Positions 38,152-47,801 of a DNA stretch of 64,000 nucleotides are shown here, piece after piece. The translations under genes were made by a program, and so were the position numbers. Location of the stretch: positions 12,196 to 76,195 of the forward strand of contig CANKYF010000007.1 of NCBI GenBank assembly GCA_947487895.1, read 5' to 3'. Each line of letters begins with the position of its first letter. The first letter of the stretch is position 1. The stretch is from an uncultured Flavobacteriaceae bacterium (GTDB taxonomy: Bacteria; Bacteroidota; Bacteroidia; Flavobacteriales; Flavobacteriaceae). The notes beneath the pieces are model-generated. The model was not told where the DNA came from. It searched no databases and saw nothing but the letters and a program-made list of their open reading frames with translations.

Positions 38152-38541
38152 ATGGCTTCAATTTTCACCAAAATAGTTAATGGCGATATACCTTGTTATA
38201 AAGTTGCCGAAACCGACGACTTTTTAGCGTTTTTAGATATTAATCCCAATAGTAAAGGGCATACACTTTGTATTCCGAAGAAAGAAGTAGATAAAATCTT
38301 TGATTTAGATGAAGCTACATACAATGGGTTGATGAGTTTCTCCAGAAAAGTAGCTTTAGCTATTGAAAAAGTCATCCCTTGTGAACGTGTTGGTATCTCT
38401 GTAATTGGTCTAGAAGTGCCACATGCACATGTGCACTTAATTCCGCTACATTCCATGGATGATGCGCGTTTCACTAAAAAAGTAAAACTAACTACCGAGG
38501 AATTTCAGGAGATAGCTAAATCTATTCAAGATAACTTTTAG
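38152..38541 (+). CDS. HIT-family hydrolase
   Basis: SIFTKIV, FLDINP, GHTLCIPK, HAHVHLIP. Confidence 0.94.
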   Translation: MASIFTKIVNGDIPCYKVAETDDFLAFLDINPNSKGHTLCIPKKEVDKIFDLDEATYNGLMSFSRKVALAIEKVIPCERVGISVIGLEVPHAHVHLIPLHSMDDARFTKKVKLTTEEFQEIAKSIQDNF

Positions 38542-38544
38542 AAG

Positions 38545-39696
38545 TTAAGCACTTTTTAGGCTTATTTGGATAGTAGTGCCTTTATCTTTTTCAGAATGAA
38601 GTACTTTTATTTTTCCATTGTGGAAGTCTTCAATAATACGCCTTGTTAAAGATAAGCCTAGACCCCATCCGCGTTTTTTTGTTGTAAAACCAGGTTCAAA
38701 AATCTTTTTAAAATTCTTTTTGGGTATTCCTTTACCAGTATCAGAAACTTTGATTTTCACATTGTCTTCCAATTGAGCAATTTCAACAGTTAATTTACCA
38801 CGACCTTTCATGGCATCAATGGCATTTTTAACCAGATTTTCAATGGTCCAACTGTACAATTGTTTGTTCAATGCAACTGGAATATAATCAGTAGGTTTAA
38901 TAAGTTCAAATTCAATTAAATTTGAAGCTCTAGACTTTAAGTAATCATAAGAATCAATAGTTTCTTCTACAATATTTGCAGTTTCTATAGTTGGTAGAGA
39001 ACCAATCTTGCTAAAACGTTCAGTAATGATTTTTAACCTATCAACATCTTTTTCAATTTCTAATATATAATCAGGATTTACGTTTTCACTTTTTAAAATT
39101 TCGGTCCACCCAATTAAAGAAGATAATGGCGTGCCTATTTGATGCGCAGTTTCCTTGGCCATACCAGACCAAAGTTTGTTTTGTGTTGCGTTTTTGTTAC
39201 TGCTGTAAAAAAAGAAAATAACGGCACCAAATAGTACAACAATAAGTATCAACGCTAAAGGATAATACTTTAGTTTGTTAAGAAGAGGCGAATTTCCGTA
39301 GTAAATTGTACTAAACAGCTTTCCATCAAACTTTACTTCTATGGGGTTGTTTTCCTTTTCAAATTTTATAATTAACTTTTTTAGATAAGTAGTGTCTTTA
39401 GCTTTTATGGGGTTTATATTATTATGATCTATAGACCCATCTCTATTAACCATTATCATTGGGGTGGTTTTATTGCTAGTTATAACTTGCAAGGGTAAAT
39501 GCCCCATGTCTGAATTTAGATTATCCGTTTTAATCAAATCTGATTGTGCAAACGACCAATTTTCCATTTTTACCCGTTCTTCATCTTTAAAATGTTGGAA
39601 AAACTCATAAGTTTTCCACATAATGCCTGAAACAATAATAAATGAAACAATAACAATGACCCAACGAAAGGTGTTTTGGCGGTTAGTAAAAATCAT
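38545..39696 (-). CDS. Membrane sensor histidine kinase (orphan)
   Basis: Two TM helices, ETAHQIGTPLS, ENLVKNAIDA, DTGKG, GWGLGL. Confidence 0.93.
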   Translation of the reverse strand: MIFTNRQNTFRWVIVIVSFIIVSGIMWKTYEFFQHFKDEERVKMENWSFAQSDLIKTDNLNSDMGHLPLQVITSNKTTPMIMVNRDGSIDHNNINPIKAKDTTYLKKLIIKFEKENNPIEVKFDGKLFSTIYYGNSPLLNKLKYYPLALILIVVLFGAVIFFFYSSNKNATQNKLWSGMAKETAHQIGTPLSSLIGWTEILKSENVNPDYILEIEKDVDRLKIITERFSKIGSLPTIETANIVEETIDSYDYLKSRASNLIEFELIKPTDYIPVALNKQLYSWTIENLVKNAIDAMKGRGKLTVEIAQLEDNVKIKVSDTGKGIPKKNFKKIFEPGFTTKKRGWGLGLSLTRRIIEDFHNGKIKVLHSEKDKGTTIQISLKSA

Positions 39697-39816
39697 TAAA
39701 GTTGAATTTATATTGAAATATAATGTAAATCTGTTAATATTATTGTCTCAGTTGTTAGTAAATCGGTTTTTAGTTGCTTCAGATATTGGTTACATTTGTT
39801 AAAACTAAATTATGTA

Positions 39817-40695
39817 ATGGCATCGTTTGAACCAAAAGACTTACCAGTCAGTAAACTACATAGTTATTTGTTGAGTGCGGTTGCGCCCAGACCCATAGCT
39901 TTTGCAAGTACGATTGATGAGAACGGAACACCAAACTTATCGCCTTTTAGTTTTTTTAATGTGTTCAGTGCTAATCCGCCTATCATGATTTTTTCGCCTG
40001 CGCGAAGAGTTAGAGATAATACTATTAAGCATACGTTACTTAATGTAGAAAACGTTAAAGAAGTAGTTGTAAATGTGGTGAATTATGATTTAGTACATCA
40101 AATGTCGTTAAGCAGTACAGAATACCCTAAAGGGATTAACGAATTTGAAAAAGCTGGTCTAACCATGGTGCCATCAGATTTAGTAAAACCATTTAGGGTT
40201 GCTGAATCACCAGTTCAATTTGAATGTAAAGTGAATGAAGTGGTTGCATTAGGTAATGAAGGAGGTGCAGGTAATTTAGTGATTTGTGAAGTTCTTAAAT
40301 TACATATAGATAATGAGGTTTTAAATGAAGACAAAACATTGAATCAAACCAAATTAGATTTGGTTGCTAGAGCAGGAGGAAGTTTGTATAGTAGAGCTAA
40401 AAAAGGTTTTTTTGAAATCCCTAAGCCAATATCAACTCAAGGGATAGGCGTTGATAGTTTTCCTGAATATGTTAAAAACTCTATGATTTTAACGGGGAAT
40501 GATCTAGGGATGTTAGGTAATATTGAAGCATTACCAAGTGATGATAAAGTTGAAGCTTTTGTAAATGACTTGAGTAATAGATACCCTAACATTAAAACAG
40601 CTTCTCATAGAGAGAAACATAAATTAGCACGCAATTATCTAAGTTTTGGAGATGTTGAAAGTGCATGGAAAATATTATTAAGTAAGAGTAAATAA
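39817..40695 (+). CDS. Flavin reductase family protein (start moved to ATG 39817)
   Basis: VAPRPIAFAST, NLSPFSFFN, KHTLLN, ESPVQFECK; the track's TTG start overlaps a TACATTTG -7 box at 39791-39798. Confidence 0.9.
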   Translation: MASFEPKDLPVSKLHSYLLSAVAPRPIAFASTIDENGTPNLSPFSFFNVFSANPPIMIFSPARRVRDNTIKHTLLNVENVKEVVVNVVNYDLVHQMSLSSTEYPKGINEFEKAGLTMVPSDLVKPFRVAESPVQFECKVNEVVALGNEGGAGNLVICEVLKLHIDNEVLNEDKTLNQTKLDLVARAGGSLYSRAKKGFFEIPKPISTQGIGVDSFPEYVKNSMILTGNDLGMLGNIEALPSDDKVEAFVNDLSNRYPNIKTASHREKHKLARNYLSFGDVESAWKILLSKSK

Positions 40696-40714
40696 TAAAT
40701 TATATAATTAACTA

Positions 40715-41092
40715 ATGGAAGTTCAAGGAAGAATAAAAGTAATTGGTGAAACACAAACTTTTGGGGCTAACGGTTTTAGAAAAAGAGAAATTGTTGTAAC
40801 TACAGAAGAACAGTATCCTCAACATATTATGGTAGAGTTTGTACAAGATAAAACAGACTTGTTAAATAGCTATCAAGTTGGTCAACAAGTAAAAGTAAAT
40901 ATCAATTTAAGAGGAAGAGAATGGGTAAACCCTCAAGGTGAAACTAAATATTTTAACTCAATTCAAGGTTGGAGAATAGAAGCTGTGCAAGCAGATGCAG
41001 CAGCAGGGAATGTACCTCCTGTACCACCTGCCGATGCTTTTGAACCAGCTGGAGAGTTAAATAAAGAGGATCATGACGATTTACCGTTCTAA
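40715..41092 (+). CDS. DUF3127 OB-fold-like protein with an SSB-type acidic tail
   Basis: GFRKRE, EQYPQ, NLRGREW, YFNSIQGWRIE; C-terminal DDLPF. Confidence 0.85.
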   Translation: MEVQGRIKVIGETQTFGANGFRKREIVVTTEEQYPQHIMVEFVQDKTDLLNSYQVGQQVKVNINLRGREWVNPQGETKYFNSIQGWRIEAVQADAAAGNVPPVPPADAFEPAGELNKEDHDDLPF

Positions 41093-41125
41093 TACCATTT
41101 AATTTATCAGTATAAGATTATCAAT

Positions 41126-41154
41126 GTGTCTCACACTGAGCTTGTTGAAGTGTG
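41126..41154. repeat. Stand-alone REP unit tcacactgagcttgttgaagtgtg
   Basis: Same unit as the insert at 2827-2850. Confidence 0.75.
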
Positions 41155-41180
41155 TAAATTTGATGTTCTAAATTAATTAT

Positions 41181-41208
41181 ACCTCAACATATTATGTTGA
41201 GGTTTTTT
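41181..41208 (+). terminator. Intrinsic terminator
   Basis: acctcaacat-att-atgttgaggt-ttttt. Confidence 0.85.
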
Positions 41209-41219
41209 ATTTTTACAAT

Positions 41220-41843
41220 ATGTATTACCTAAATCAAGAATTATGGTTTCCAGATGTGAATAAAGCATCCACTGAAGGTATATTAGCTATTGGAGGAGAT
41301 TTGTCGGCAGAAAGACTATTGTTGGCATACAAGTCTGGAATTTTTCCTTGGTTTGAAACAGATGAACCTATTTTATGGTGGAGTCCAGATCCTAGATTTG
41401 TATTGTTTCCTGAAAAGTTAAAGGTTTCTAAAAGTATGCGACAAGTTTTACGCAATTCAGATTTTACTATTACTGTTAATAAAGCCTTTAGAGATGTAAT
41501 GCTTAAGTGCTCTGAGATAAAACGAAACGGACAACAAGGTACATGGATAACCGAAAATATGATTAATGGGTACGTTAAATTAAATGAACTAGGGTTTGCT
41601 AAATCTGTTGAGGTATGGCAAAATGATGAATTGGTTGGAGGTCTTTACGGTGTTGATTTAAAAAATGGTATTTTTTGTGGTGAAAGCATGTTCGCTAAAG
41701 TAAGCAATGCAAGTAAAGCAGCATTTATAACCTTTTTGCAAAATACAAGCTATAAACTTATAGATTGCCAAGTTTACACGTCTCATCTTGAAAGTTTAGG
41801 TGCTGAAGAAATACCTAGAACAGAATTTTTAAAGTATTTATAG
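41220..41843 (+). CDS. aat: Leucyl/phenylalanyl-tRNA--protein transferase
   Basis: AIGGDLS, AYKSGIFPW, WWSPDPR, GGLYGV, GESMF, ASKAA, IDCQ. Confidence 0.96.
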   Translation: MYYLNQELWFPDVNKASTEGILAIGGDLSAERLLLAYKSGIFPWFETDEPILWWSPDPRFVLFPEKLKVSKSMRQVLRNSDFTITVNKAFRDVMLKCSEIKRNGQQGTWITENMINGYVKLNELGFAKSVEVWQNDELVGGLYGVDLKNGIFCGESMFAKVSNASKAAFITFLQNTSYKLIDCQVYTSHLESLGAEEIPRTEFLKYL

Positions 41844-41847
41844 ATAT

Positions 41848-42414
41848 TTAAACTTCATTGTATCTAAAGCAGCTCACTTCATGATCATTAACCATGCCTG
41901 TTGCTTGCATATGTGCATAAACCACCGTAGTACCAACAAATTTAAACCCTCTCTTTTTTAAATCTTTACTTAAAGCATCACTTATACCTGTATTTGCAGG
42001 TGCTTTTTTATAATCTTCAAAAGCATTTTTAATGGGTTTTCCATCAACAAATTCCCAGACATATTTGCTGAAACTTCCAAATTCTTCTTGAATTTTAATA
42101 AAAGCTTGCGCGTTGGTAACTGTAGCGTTTACCTTCAATTTGTTTCTTATAATTCCAGAATCTTGTAATAAATCATCAATTTTGTCCTGTTGGTAATTGG
42201 CTATTTTTTTATAATCGAAATTATCAAAGGCTTTTTTGAAATTTTCGCGTTTGCGCAAAACTGTAATCCAACTTAAACCTGCCTGAAAAGTTTCTAAAAT
42301 TAAAAACTCAAAAATAGTAGCGTCATCATAAACAGGAACTCCCCATTCTTCGTCATGGTAAGCTTCGTATAAAGGATCTCCTTCGCACCAACCACATCTA
42401 TGTTTATTCTCCAT
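41848..42414 (-). CDS. tag: DNA-3-methyladenine glycosylase I
   Basis: RCGW, YHDEEWG, ETFQAGLSW, IRNKLK, GMVNDH. Confidence 0.96.
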   Translation of the reverse strand: MENKHRCGWCEGDPLYEAYHDEEWGVPVYDDATIFEFLILETFQAGLSWITVLRKRENFKKAFDNFDYKKIANYQQDKIDDLLQDSGIIRNKLKVNATVTNAQAFIKIQEEFGSFSKYVWEFVDGKPIKNAFEDYKKAPANTGISDALSKDLKKRGFKFVGTTVVYAHMQATGMVNDHEVSCFRYNEV

Positions 42415-42514
42415 ATGTATTCTGTAAGTTTTTAAGTTTTATTATGACAAATGTCATCTAATTAGGTTTAACAAGATACTAATTTTGATGAATCTAACAA
42501 TTAAAGATTTTACT

Positions 42515-43135
42515 ATGAATGCAATTATAAAGGCAAGTTTAGAACGCAGTATTTCTTATGAAGAATACCGTGATTTAGTGAGACAGTTAGCGGTTGATAA
42601 TGGAACTACAGGAACACAGCATACAGATGCTTTAGTTAATTATACGAAGTTAAATGACCGACGTATGAAACGTTGGGATAAAACGTTGAAAATTTCTGAA
42701 GAAGCACAACAGAAAATTTTAGATTTTGACCGAAAAATTACTTGGCTAATTATTACTGAAAGTTGGTGTGGAGATGCAGCTCATGTAATGCCTGTTCTAA
42801 ATAAAGTAGCTCAGTTGAACCCAAACATTGATATTAGAGTGGTTCTTAGAGACGAAAACTTAGAACTAATAGATATGTTTCTAACCAATGGAGGTAGAGC
42901 AATTGCAAAAGTTATTATGTTGGATAATGAAACCGAAGAAGTAATTAATACTTACGGACCTAGACCAAGTGAAGCAACAACATTAGTAAATGATTATAAA
43001 CTTAAACATGGAAAATTAACACCAGAGTTTAAGGAAGATTTACAACAATGGTACAACACCAATAAAGGTAAAAACATCACTGAAGATATTACCAATATAC
43101 TTTGCGAATTAAGCCCAATGGCTATTTGCCAATAA
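42515..43135 (+). CDS. Thioredoxin-like protein with a single active-site Cys (start probably 42515)
   Basis: ITESWCGDAA, FLTNGGRAI, YGPRP. Confidence 0.85.
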   Translation: MNAIIKASLERSISYEEYRDLVRQLAVDNGTTGTQHTDALVNYTKLNDRRMKRWDKTLKISEEAQQKILDFDRKITWLIITESWCGDAAHVMPVLNKVAQLNPNIDIRVVLRDENLELIDMFLTNGGRAIAKVIMLDNETEEVINTYGPRPSEATTLVNDYKLKHGKLTPEFKEDLQQWYNTNKGKNITEDITNILCELSPMAICQ

Positions 43136-43838
43136 AGTTAAATGTAATAGTACCTATTTGGTTAGGTTTTGCTGGAGCTGAATTAAATGTAGATTTTTTA
43201 GCGTATTCTAGTGCATGCTCAATTAAACAATCATTACTAGATGTTGATGATGATGCATTAATATAGGCATCCACAACACTTCCTTGGGAATTAACAGCTA
43301 TGTTTACAACAATTTTACCATTTACTTCACATAGATACACAGGAATTGGGATATCACCAGTTCTTCCTGTTAACGAGTAGCCAGTGGTGCTTTTAGAATT
43401 ATTAGCTTCTTGCTGTTTTTTCAATACATCGTCAGCTTTATTAAACTTATCAAGAGCGTCTTTGTCTAAGCTTTCTTTGTGTTCGTTTTTGTGTTTTTCA
43501 CTCAGACTTTTAAATGCAGCATCGCTATCAATAGTACTATTTTTTGGGACATAATCTTCTGGAGGTGCTATGATTTTATATGCTTGAGCAAAATGGTTTG
43601 AACCTTTACTTTCATTAAAAGCCTTATTGGTTTCAGCTTTAGCATTATTTAATTTATCTAAAGCCTCTAAAACCTTTAGTTCTTCTTCAGTTAACTCTTT
43701 TTCAGGTTCAATTTCATAATAGCTTTCAGCCATGCCTTTATCATGCTTTTTTAGACTAAAACTAAATATAGAAAGCAGTACTGTACCAGTAACAAGTAGG
43801 GTTAATAATAGGGCTTTATGTTGATCTGTAAACTTCAA
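43122..43838 (-). CDS. TonB C-terminal-domain protein (energy-transducer-like)
   Basis: N-terminal TM helix; IPVYLC...GKIVVNIAVN..G.V...CL..HAL..A...F...QIGTITF. Confidence 0.75.
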   Translation of the reverse strand: MKFTDQHKALLLTLLVTGTVLLSIFSFSLKKHDKGMAESYYEIEPEKELTEEELKVLEALDKLNNAKAETNKAFNESKGSNHFAQAYKIIAPPEDYVPKNSTIDSDAAFKSLSEKHKNEHKESLDKDALDKFNKADDVLKKQQEANNSKSTTGYSLTGRTGDIPIPVYLCEVNGKIVVNIAVNSQGSVVDAYINASSSTSSNDCLIEHALEYAKKSTFNSAPAKPNQIGTITFNFIGK

Positions 43839-43880
43839 ATAGTAGGTTTATTTAAAGCAATATACGGAAAAACCGTAAAA

Positions 43881-44570
43881 TTAGTTGCTGAAGCTATTAA
43901 TAAAGTCTTCAATAGATACAGCGTTTTCAACATGAAAATCGCCAATTTTGGTTCTTCTAAGTGCAGATAAATGAGCACCAGAGTTTAAAGTTTTACCAAA
44001 ATCGTTAGCCAAAGAACGTATATAAGTACCTTTGCTGCAAACTACTCTAAAGTCAATATTAAGGCCATTAATATTAGTTATTTCAAACTCAGAAATAGAT
44101 ACGGTTCTAGATTTAATTTCAACTTCTTTTCCTTCGCGAGCAAACTCATATAAACGCTTGCCGTCTTTTTTTATGGCTGAAAATACCGGAGGGAACTGTT
44201 CAATATCCCCTATAAATTGCTTGGTGGTTTCTTGAATTAAATCTTTGGTAATATGTTCTGTTGGAAAGTGTTTGTCAATATCAGTTTCAAGATCATAAGA
44301 GGGAGTGGTACTCCCTAAAGTAAAAGTGCCTGTATATTCTTTTATTTGACCTTGATATATATTGATTTCTTTGGTCTTTTTGCCTGTGCAAATAACCAAT
44401 AAACCTGTAGCAAGCGGATCTAAAGTTCCGGCATGTCCTACTTTTATTTTTTTTAAGTTGAAGGATTTTCTAATCTTCCAACGTAATTTATTAACTACTT
44501 GGAAAGACGTCCAGTTTAGTGGCTTATCTATTAATAATACTTGGCCAGAAAGGTAATCTTCAGCAGTCAT
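43881..44570 (-). CDS. truB: tRNA pseudouridine(55) synthase
   Basis: IDKPLNWTSF, KVGHAGTLDPLATG, CSKGTYIRSL. Confidence 0.97.
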   Translation of the reverse strand: MTAEDYLSGQVLLIDKPLNWTSFQVVNKLRWKIRKSFNLKKIKVGHAGTLDPLATGLLVICTGKKTKEINIYQGQIKEYTGTFTLGSTTPSYDLETDIDKHFPTEHITKDLIQETTKQFIGDIEQFPPVFSAIKKDGKRLYEFAREGKEVEIKSRTVSISEFEITNINGLNIDFRVVCSKGTYIRSLANDFGKTLNSGAHLSALRRTKIGDFHVENAVSIEDFINSFSN

Positions 44571-44573
44571 AAA

Positions 44574-45368
44574 TTAGTTTAAAAAAGATACAATAATGGC
44601 AATTATTCCAACAATAACACAGTAAATGGCAAAGTAAGATAGTTTACTCTTTTTTACTAAAGATATCATCCATGTACAAGCAAATAAACCAGCTATAAAC
44701 GCCGCTATAAACCCAACAGATAATGCTGTAAAGTTTTGACTTTCCATAGAAATGTCACCACTTAAAATATCTTTTGCTATTTTTCCAAAAATAAGTGGTA
44801 CCACCATTAAAAATGAAAAACGTGCGGCTTTGGTTTTATCATTCCCAAGTAATACTGATGTGGAAATAGTTGCACCAGATCTTGAAATGCCTGGTAACAT
44901 TGCAATGGCTTGAGAAATACCAATTACAAAAGCATTGCTAAAACTTACTTTTTTATTGGTGTTTTTGGCTTTGTCTGCTAAAAATAATAGAGCAGCAGTA
45001 ATGATTAGCATAGTACCTACAAGTAGAATGTTTCCACTAAACAAGGCTTCTAGTTGTTCTTCAAAAAATAAACCAACAATTACTGCAGGAATCATTGAAA
45101 CGGCAATTTTACTTATGAATTGTAAATCTTCATTCCATTTAAGTTTTAAGGCGCCTTTTAAGATGCTTAAAATATCTTTTCTAAATACAACAATAGTACT
45201 TAAAGCTGTTGCAAAATGAAGTACTACTGTGAATAATAGGCTTTCTTCGGGAACAGAGTTGTTTCCTAAAATAGCTTTCCCTAACTCTAAATGCCCGCTT
45301 GATGAAACAGGTAAAAATTCTGTTAGACCTTGAATAATGCCTAAAATAATTGAATCTATTATATCCAT
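44574..45368 (-). CDS. uppP: Undecaprenyl-diphosphate phosphatase
   Basis: IQGLTEFLPVSSSGH, PGISRSGATI, AARFSFL. Confidence 0.96.
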   Translation of the reverse strand: MDIIDSIILGIIQGLTEFLPVSSSGHLELGKAILGNNSVPEESLLFTVVLHFATALSTIVVFRKDILSILKGALKLKWNEDLQFISKIAVSMIPAVIVGLFFEEQLEALFSGNILLVGTMLIITAALLFLADKAKNTNKKVSFSNAFVIGISQAIAMLPGISRSGATISTSVLLGNDKTKAARFSFLMVVPLIFGKIAKDILSGDISMESQNFTALSVGFIAAFIAGLFACTWMISLVKKSKLSYFAIYCVIVGIIAIIVSFLN

Positions 45369-45444
45369 GGCGCAAAAATATTAAAATAGAAATACAAATA
45401 ACATTTAAATAGATTAATGATGTTTTAATTAATATTTTAGACAG

Positions 45445-46569
45445 ATGAAAATTGTAATTGCACCAGATAAATTTAAAAATTCTCTAACAAGTATAGAGTT
45501 TTGTAATGCTGTTGAAGCTGAGGTGTTAAATGTATTACCTAATGCTGAAATTTTAAAATTACCATTAGCAGATGGCGGAGATGGGACTATTGAAGTGGTG
45601 AATTATTATTTAAATGCAATTGAAATTCAGGTTACAGTCAACAATCCTTTTTTTGAACCTGTAAAAGCTACCTATTTGTTTTCTAAAATTAGTAAAACAG
45701 CCTTTATTGAAATGGCTGAAGCATCTGGTGTTAAATTGCTAGAACCACAAGATTTAGATTGTAAAAACGCTACCACTTTTGGTACTGGTGAAATGATTTT
45801 GCATGCAATTGAAAAAGGTGCTAAAAATATCATATTAGGGATTGGAGGCAGTGCTACTAACGATTGTGGTATTGGTATGGCAAGAGCATTAGGGTATCGG
45901 TTTTTAGATCAAAATAACAAGGAAGTAAAGTCTATAGGCGCTAATTTATCTCAAATAGCTACTATTGATGCATCTCAGGTTCATCCTAAATTGAGTGCTG
46001 TAAATTTTGATATAGCCTGTGATGTTACCAATCCGTTGTACGGTGAAAATGGAGCAGCTTATGTGTATGCTGAACAAAAAGGCGCTTCAAAGGAAGATAT
46101 TGAAATGTTGGATAAAGGACTAACTGATTTTTCAAAAGTTATTGGAAAAACCTTTGATATTAATCCGCAGACTATAAAAGGATCTGGTGCAGCAGGAGGT
46201 ATGGGAATTGCGTCAAACGTATTTTTAAATGGAAATTTGAAACCAGGTATAGACATTATGAAAAGTTTGGTCGAGTTTGATGAAAAAATACAAGGTGCTG
46301 ATTGGATTATAACTGGCGAGGGTAAATTAGATAATCAAACATTATCAGGAAAAACAATTCAAGGCGTTTTATCTTCCGCGAAAGCGAAAAACATAAAAGT
46401 TGCCGCGTTTTGTGGAGCAATAGAACTTTCAAAAGAAGCAATTAGAGATATGGGAATATCTTATTCAGATTCAGTTATTGAAAATGCTAAATCTTTAAAT
46501 GATGCTATGGAACATACAAGTAATTATTTAAAGCTAATGACTGAGGGTTTTATTAAAAATTTAAAATAA
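45445..46569 (+). CDS. Glycerate kinase (GarK/GlxK family)
   Basis: IAPDKFK, PLADGGDG, EMAEASG, GIGGSATND, GAAGG, TGEGKLD. Confidence 0.94.
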   Translation: MKIVIAPDKFKNSLTSIEFCNAVEAEVLNVLPNAEILKLPLADGGDGTIEVVNYYLNAIEIQVTVNNPFFEPVKATYLFSKISKTAFIEMAEASGVKLLEPQDLDCKNATTFGTGEMILHAIEKGAKNIILGIGGSATNDCGIGMARALGYRFLDQNNKEVKSIGANLSQIATIDASQVHPKLSAVNFDIACDVTNPLYGENGAAYVYAEQKGASKEDIEMLDKGLTDFSKVIGKTFDINPQTIKGSGAAGGMGIASNVFLNGNLKPGIDIMKSLVEFDEKIQGADWIITGEGKLDNQTLSGKTIQGVLSSAKAKNIKVAAFCGAIELSKEAIRDMGISYSDSVIENAKSLNDAMEHTSNYLKLMTEGFIKNLK

Positions 46570-46576
46570 ATGATTG

Positions 46577-47104
46577 TTAATTTAAAAATCCTTGAGCAAT
46601 CTTATCTACCGTATGATGGTGATTATTCCAAGTATTGTAAACATCTATAGACCATTTTTTTATGAAGCCTTTACATTCGGTCTCATTAGTTGCTTTATTA
46701 AGAATATCTGTTGTTGTGATATTTCCTCTTTTAAGTATTTTAGGTGGCGTTAAATATTCTTGAGGCTTATTTTTTTTGTATTTGTTTAGGTAATCACTAA
46801 GTTTTGGAGATAACTTATAAGTCCATTTAACATCATACTTAAAAATTAAATGTAATCTTGAAAGGTGAAAGTGATTACTCCATCTACCATGAATTTCAGG
46901 ATGTTGTAATGCATGGGCATCAACAATTAGAAATCTATAAATGTGATTTTCTAAAAGAGAAAAATCAATTATTTTAAATCCAAGATTGGAAATTTCTAAA
47001 CATTCGTTTACGCCTTTTTTTGTATTTGCTCCACAAAATTGACACTTTCCATTATTAGAAAGAGTGATGCCATTTTTATTAGCTATATCAATATAATTTT
47101 GCAT
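46577..47104 (-). CDS. DUF5946-like hypothetical protein
   Basis: CQFCGA...C...VDAHALQHP...HLSRL. Confidence 0.6.
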   Translation of the reverse strand: MQNYIDIANKNGITLSNNGKCQFCGANTKKGVNECLEISNLGFKIIDFSLLENHIYRFLIVDAHALQHPEIHGRWSNHFHLSRLHLIFKYDVKWTYKLSPKLSDYLNKYKKNKPQEYLTPPKILKRGNITTTDILNKATNETECKGFIKKWSIDVYNTWNNHHHTVDKIAQGFLN

Positions 47105-47126
47105 GGTAGTTTTAGCTAAAAGCTTA

Positions 47127-47381
47127 CTACTCCTTATCAGGATTCAATAAAATAGCATAAATCTGAATGCCAAAACCAATAAGAACTAATGCAGGTGCTA
47201 AGCGAATACGTCTCCAGCTAAAAATTTCAGGATTGAAAACATTAGGATCATCACTACCACCTCCGGCCATTAAAATAAAACCAAGAGCAATAATTCCTAA
47301 ACCAATAAACATAAACTTATAGTTTTTCTTTCCAAATACAAACATTGGTTTAGCGTCTCCTTTTTGTTTTTTTTCTGCCAT
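47127..47381 (-). CDS. DUF3098-family membrane protein
   Basis: FGKKNY, GFILMAGGGS, FSWRRIRLAP. Confidence 0.85.
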   Translation of the reverse strand: MAEKKQKGDAKPMFVFGKKNYKFMFIGLGIIALGFILMAGGGSDDPNVFNPEIFSWRRIRLAPALVLIGFGIQIYAILLNPDKE

Positions 47382-47383
47382 TA

Positions 47384-47743
47384 TTATTTAAGTTCTGTAA
47401 AAATTATTTCATTATCAACCGATAATTGAGTGATATGTTCAGAAGTAGCCATTCCTCCTAAAACTTTAGCTAAATGCAAAGTAACAGATTTATTTAAAAC
47501 TTTTGAATTTAGAGATTCTAAATTTAAGCCACGTTCTAAACCTCTATTTATATAGTAATGGTCACCTTGTATATCTGTAAATACAATATCGAAAGATGTC
47601 CCTTCTTTAATATTAGTTATTGTTTTAGTTTCTAAAGTGCAATCTTCTAGTTTAGGGTTAGAAATAACCATGGAACTGAATAAAAAAACAGCTAAAACTA
47701 AAAAAACAGGAAGACCGATTAAAAGAATATTTTTTTTCTTCAT
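47384..47743 (-). CDS. Hypothetical membrane-anchored protein
   Basis: N-terminal TM helix; YYINRGLE. Confidence 0.65.
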   Translation of the reverse strand: MKKKNILLIGLPVFLVLAVFLFSSMVISNPKLEDCTLETKTITNIKEGTSFDIVFTDIQGDHYYINRGLERGLNLESLNSKVLNKSVTLHLAKVLGGMATSEHITQLSVDNEIIFTELK

Positions 47744-47801
47744 GACATAAAATGAGTTGGTTGTACTTCAATAAAACGATTGTGAATATAAATTATTGTA
47801 G

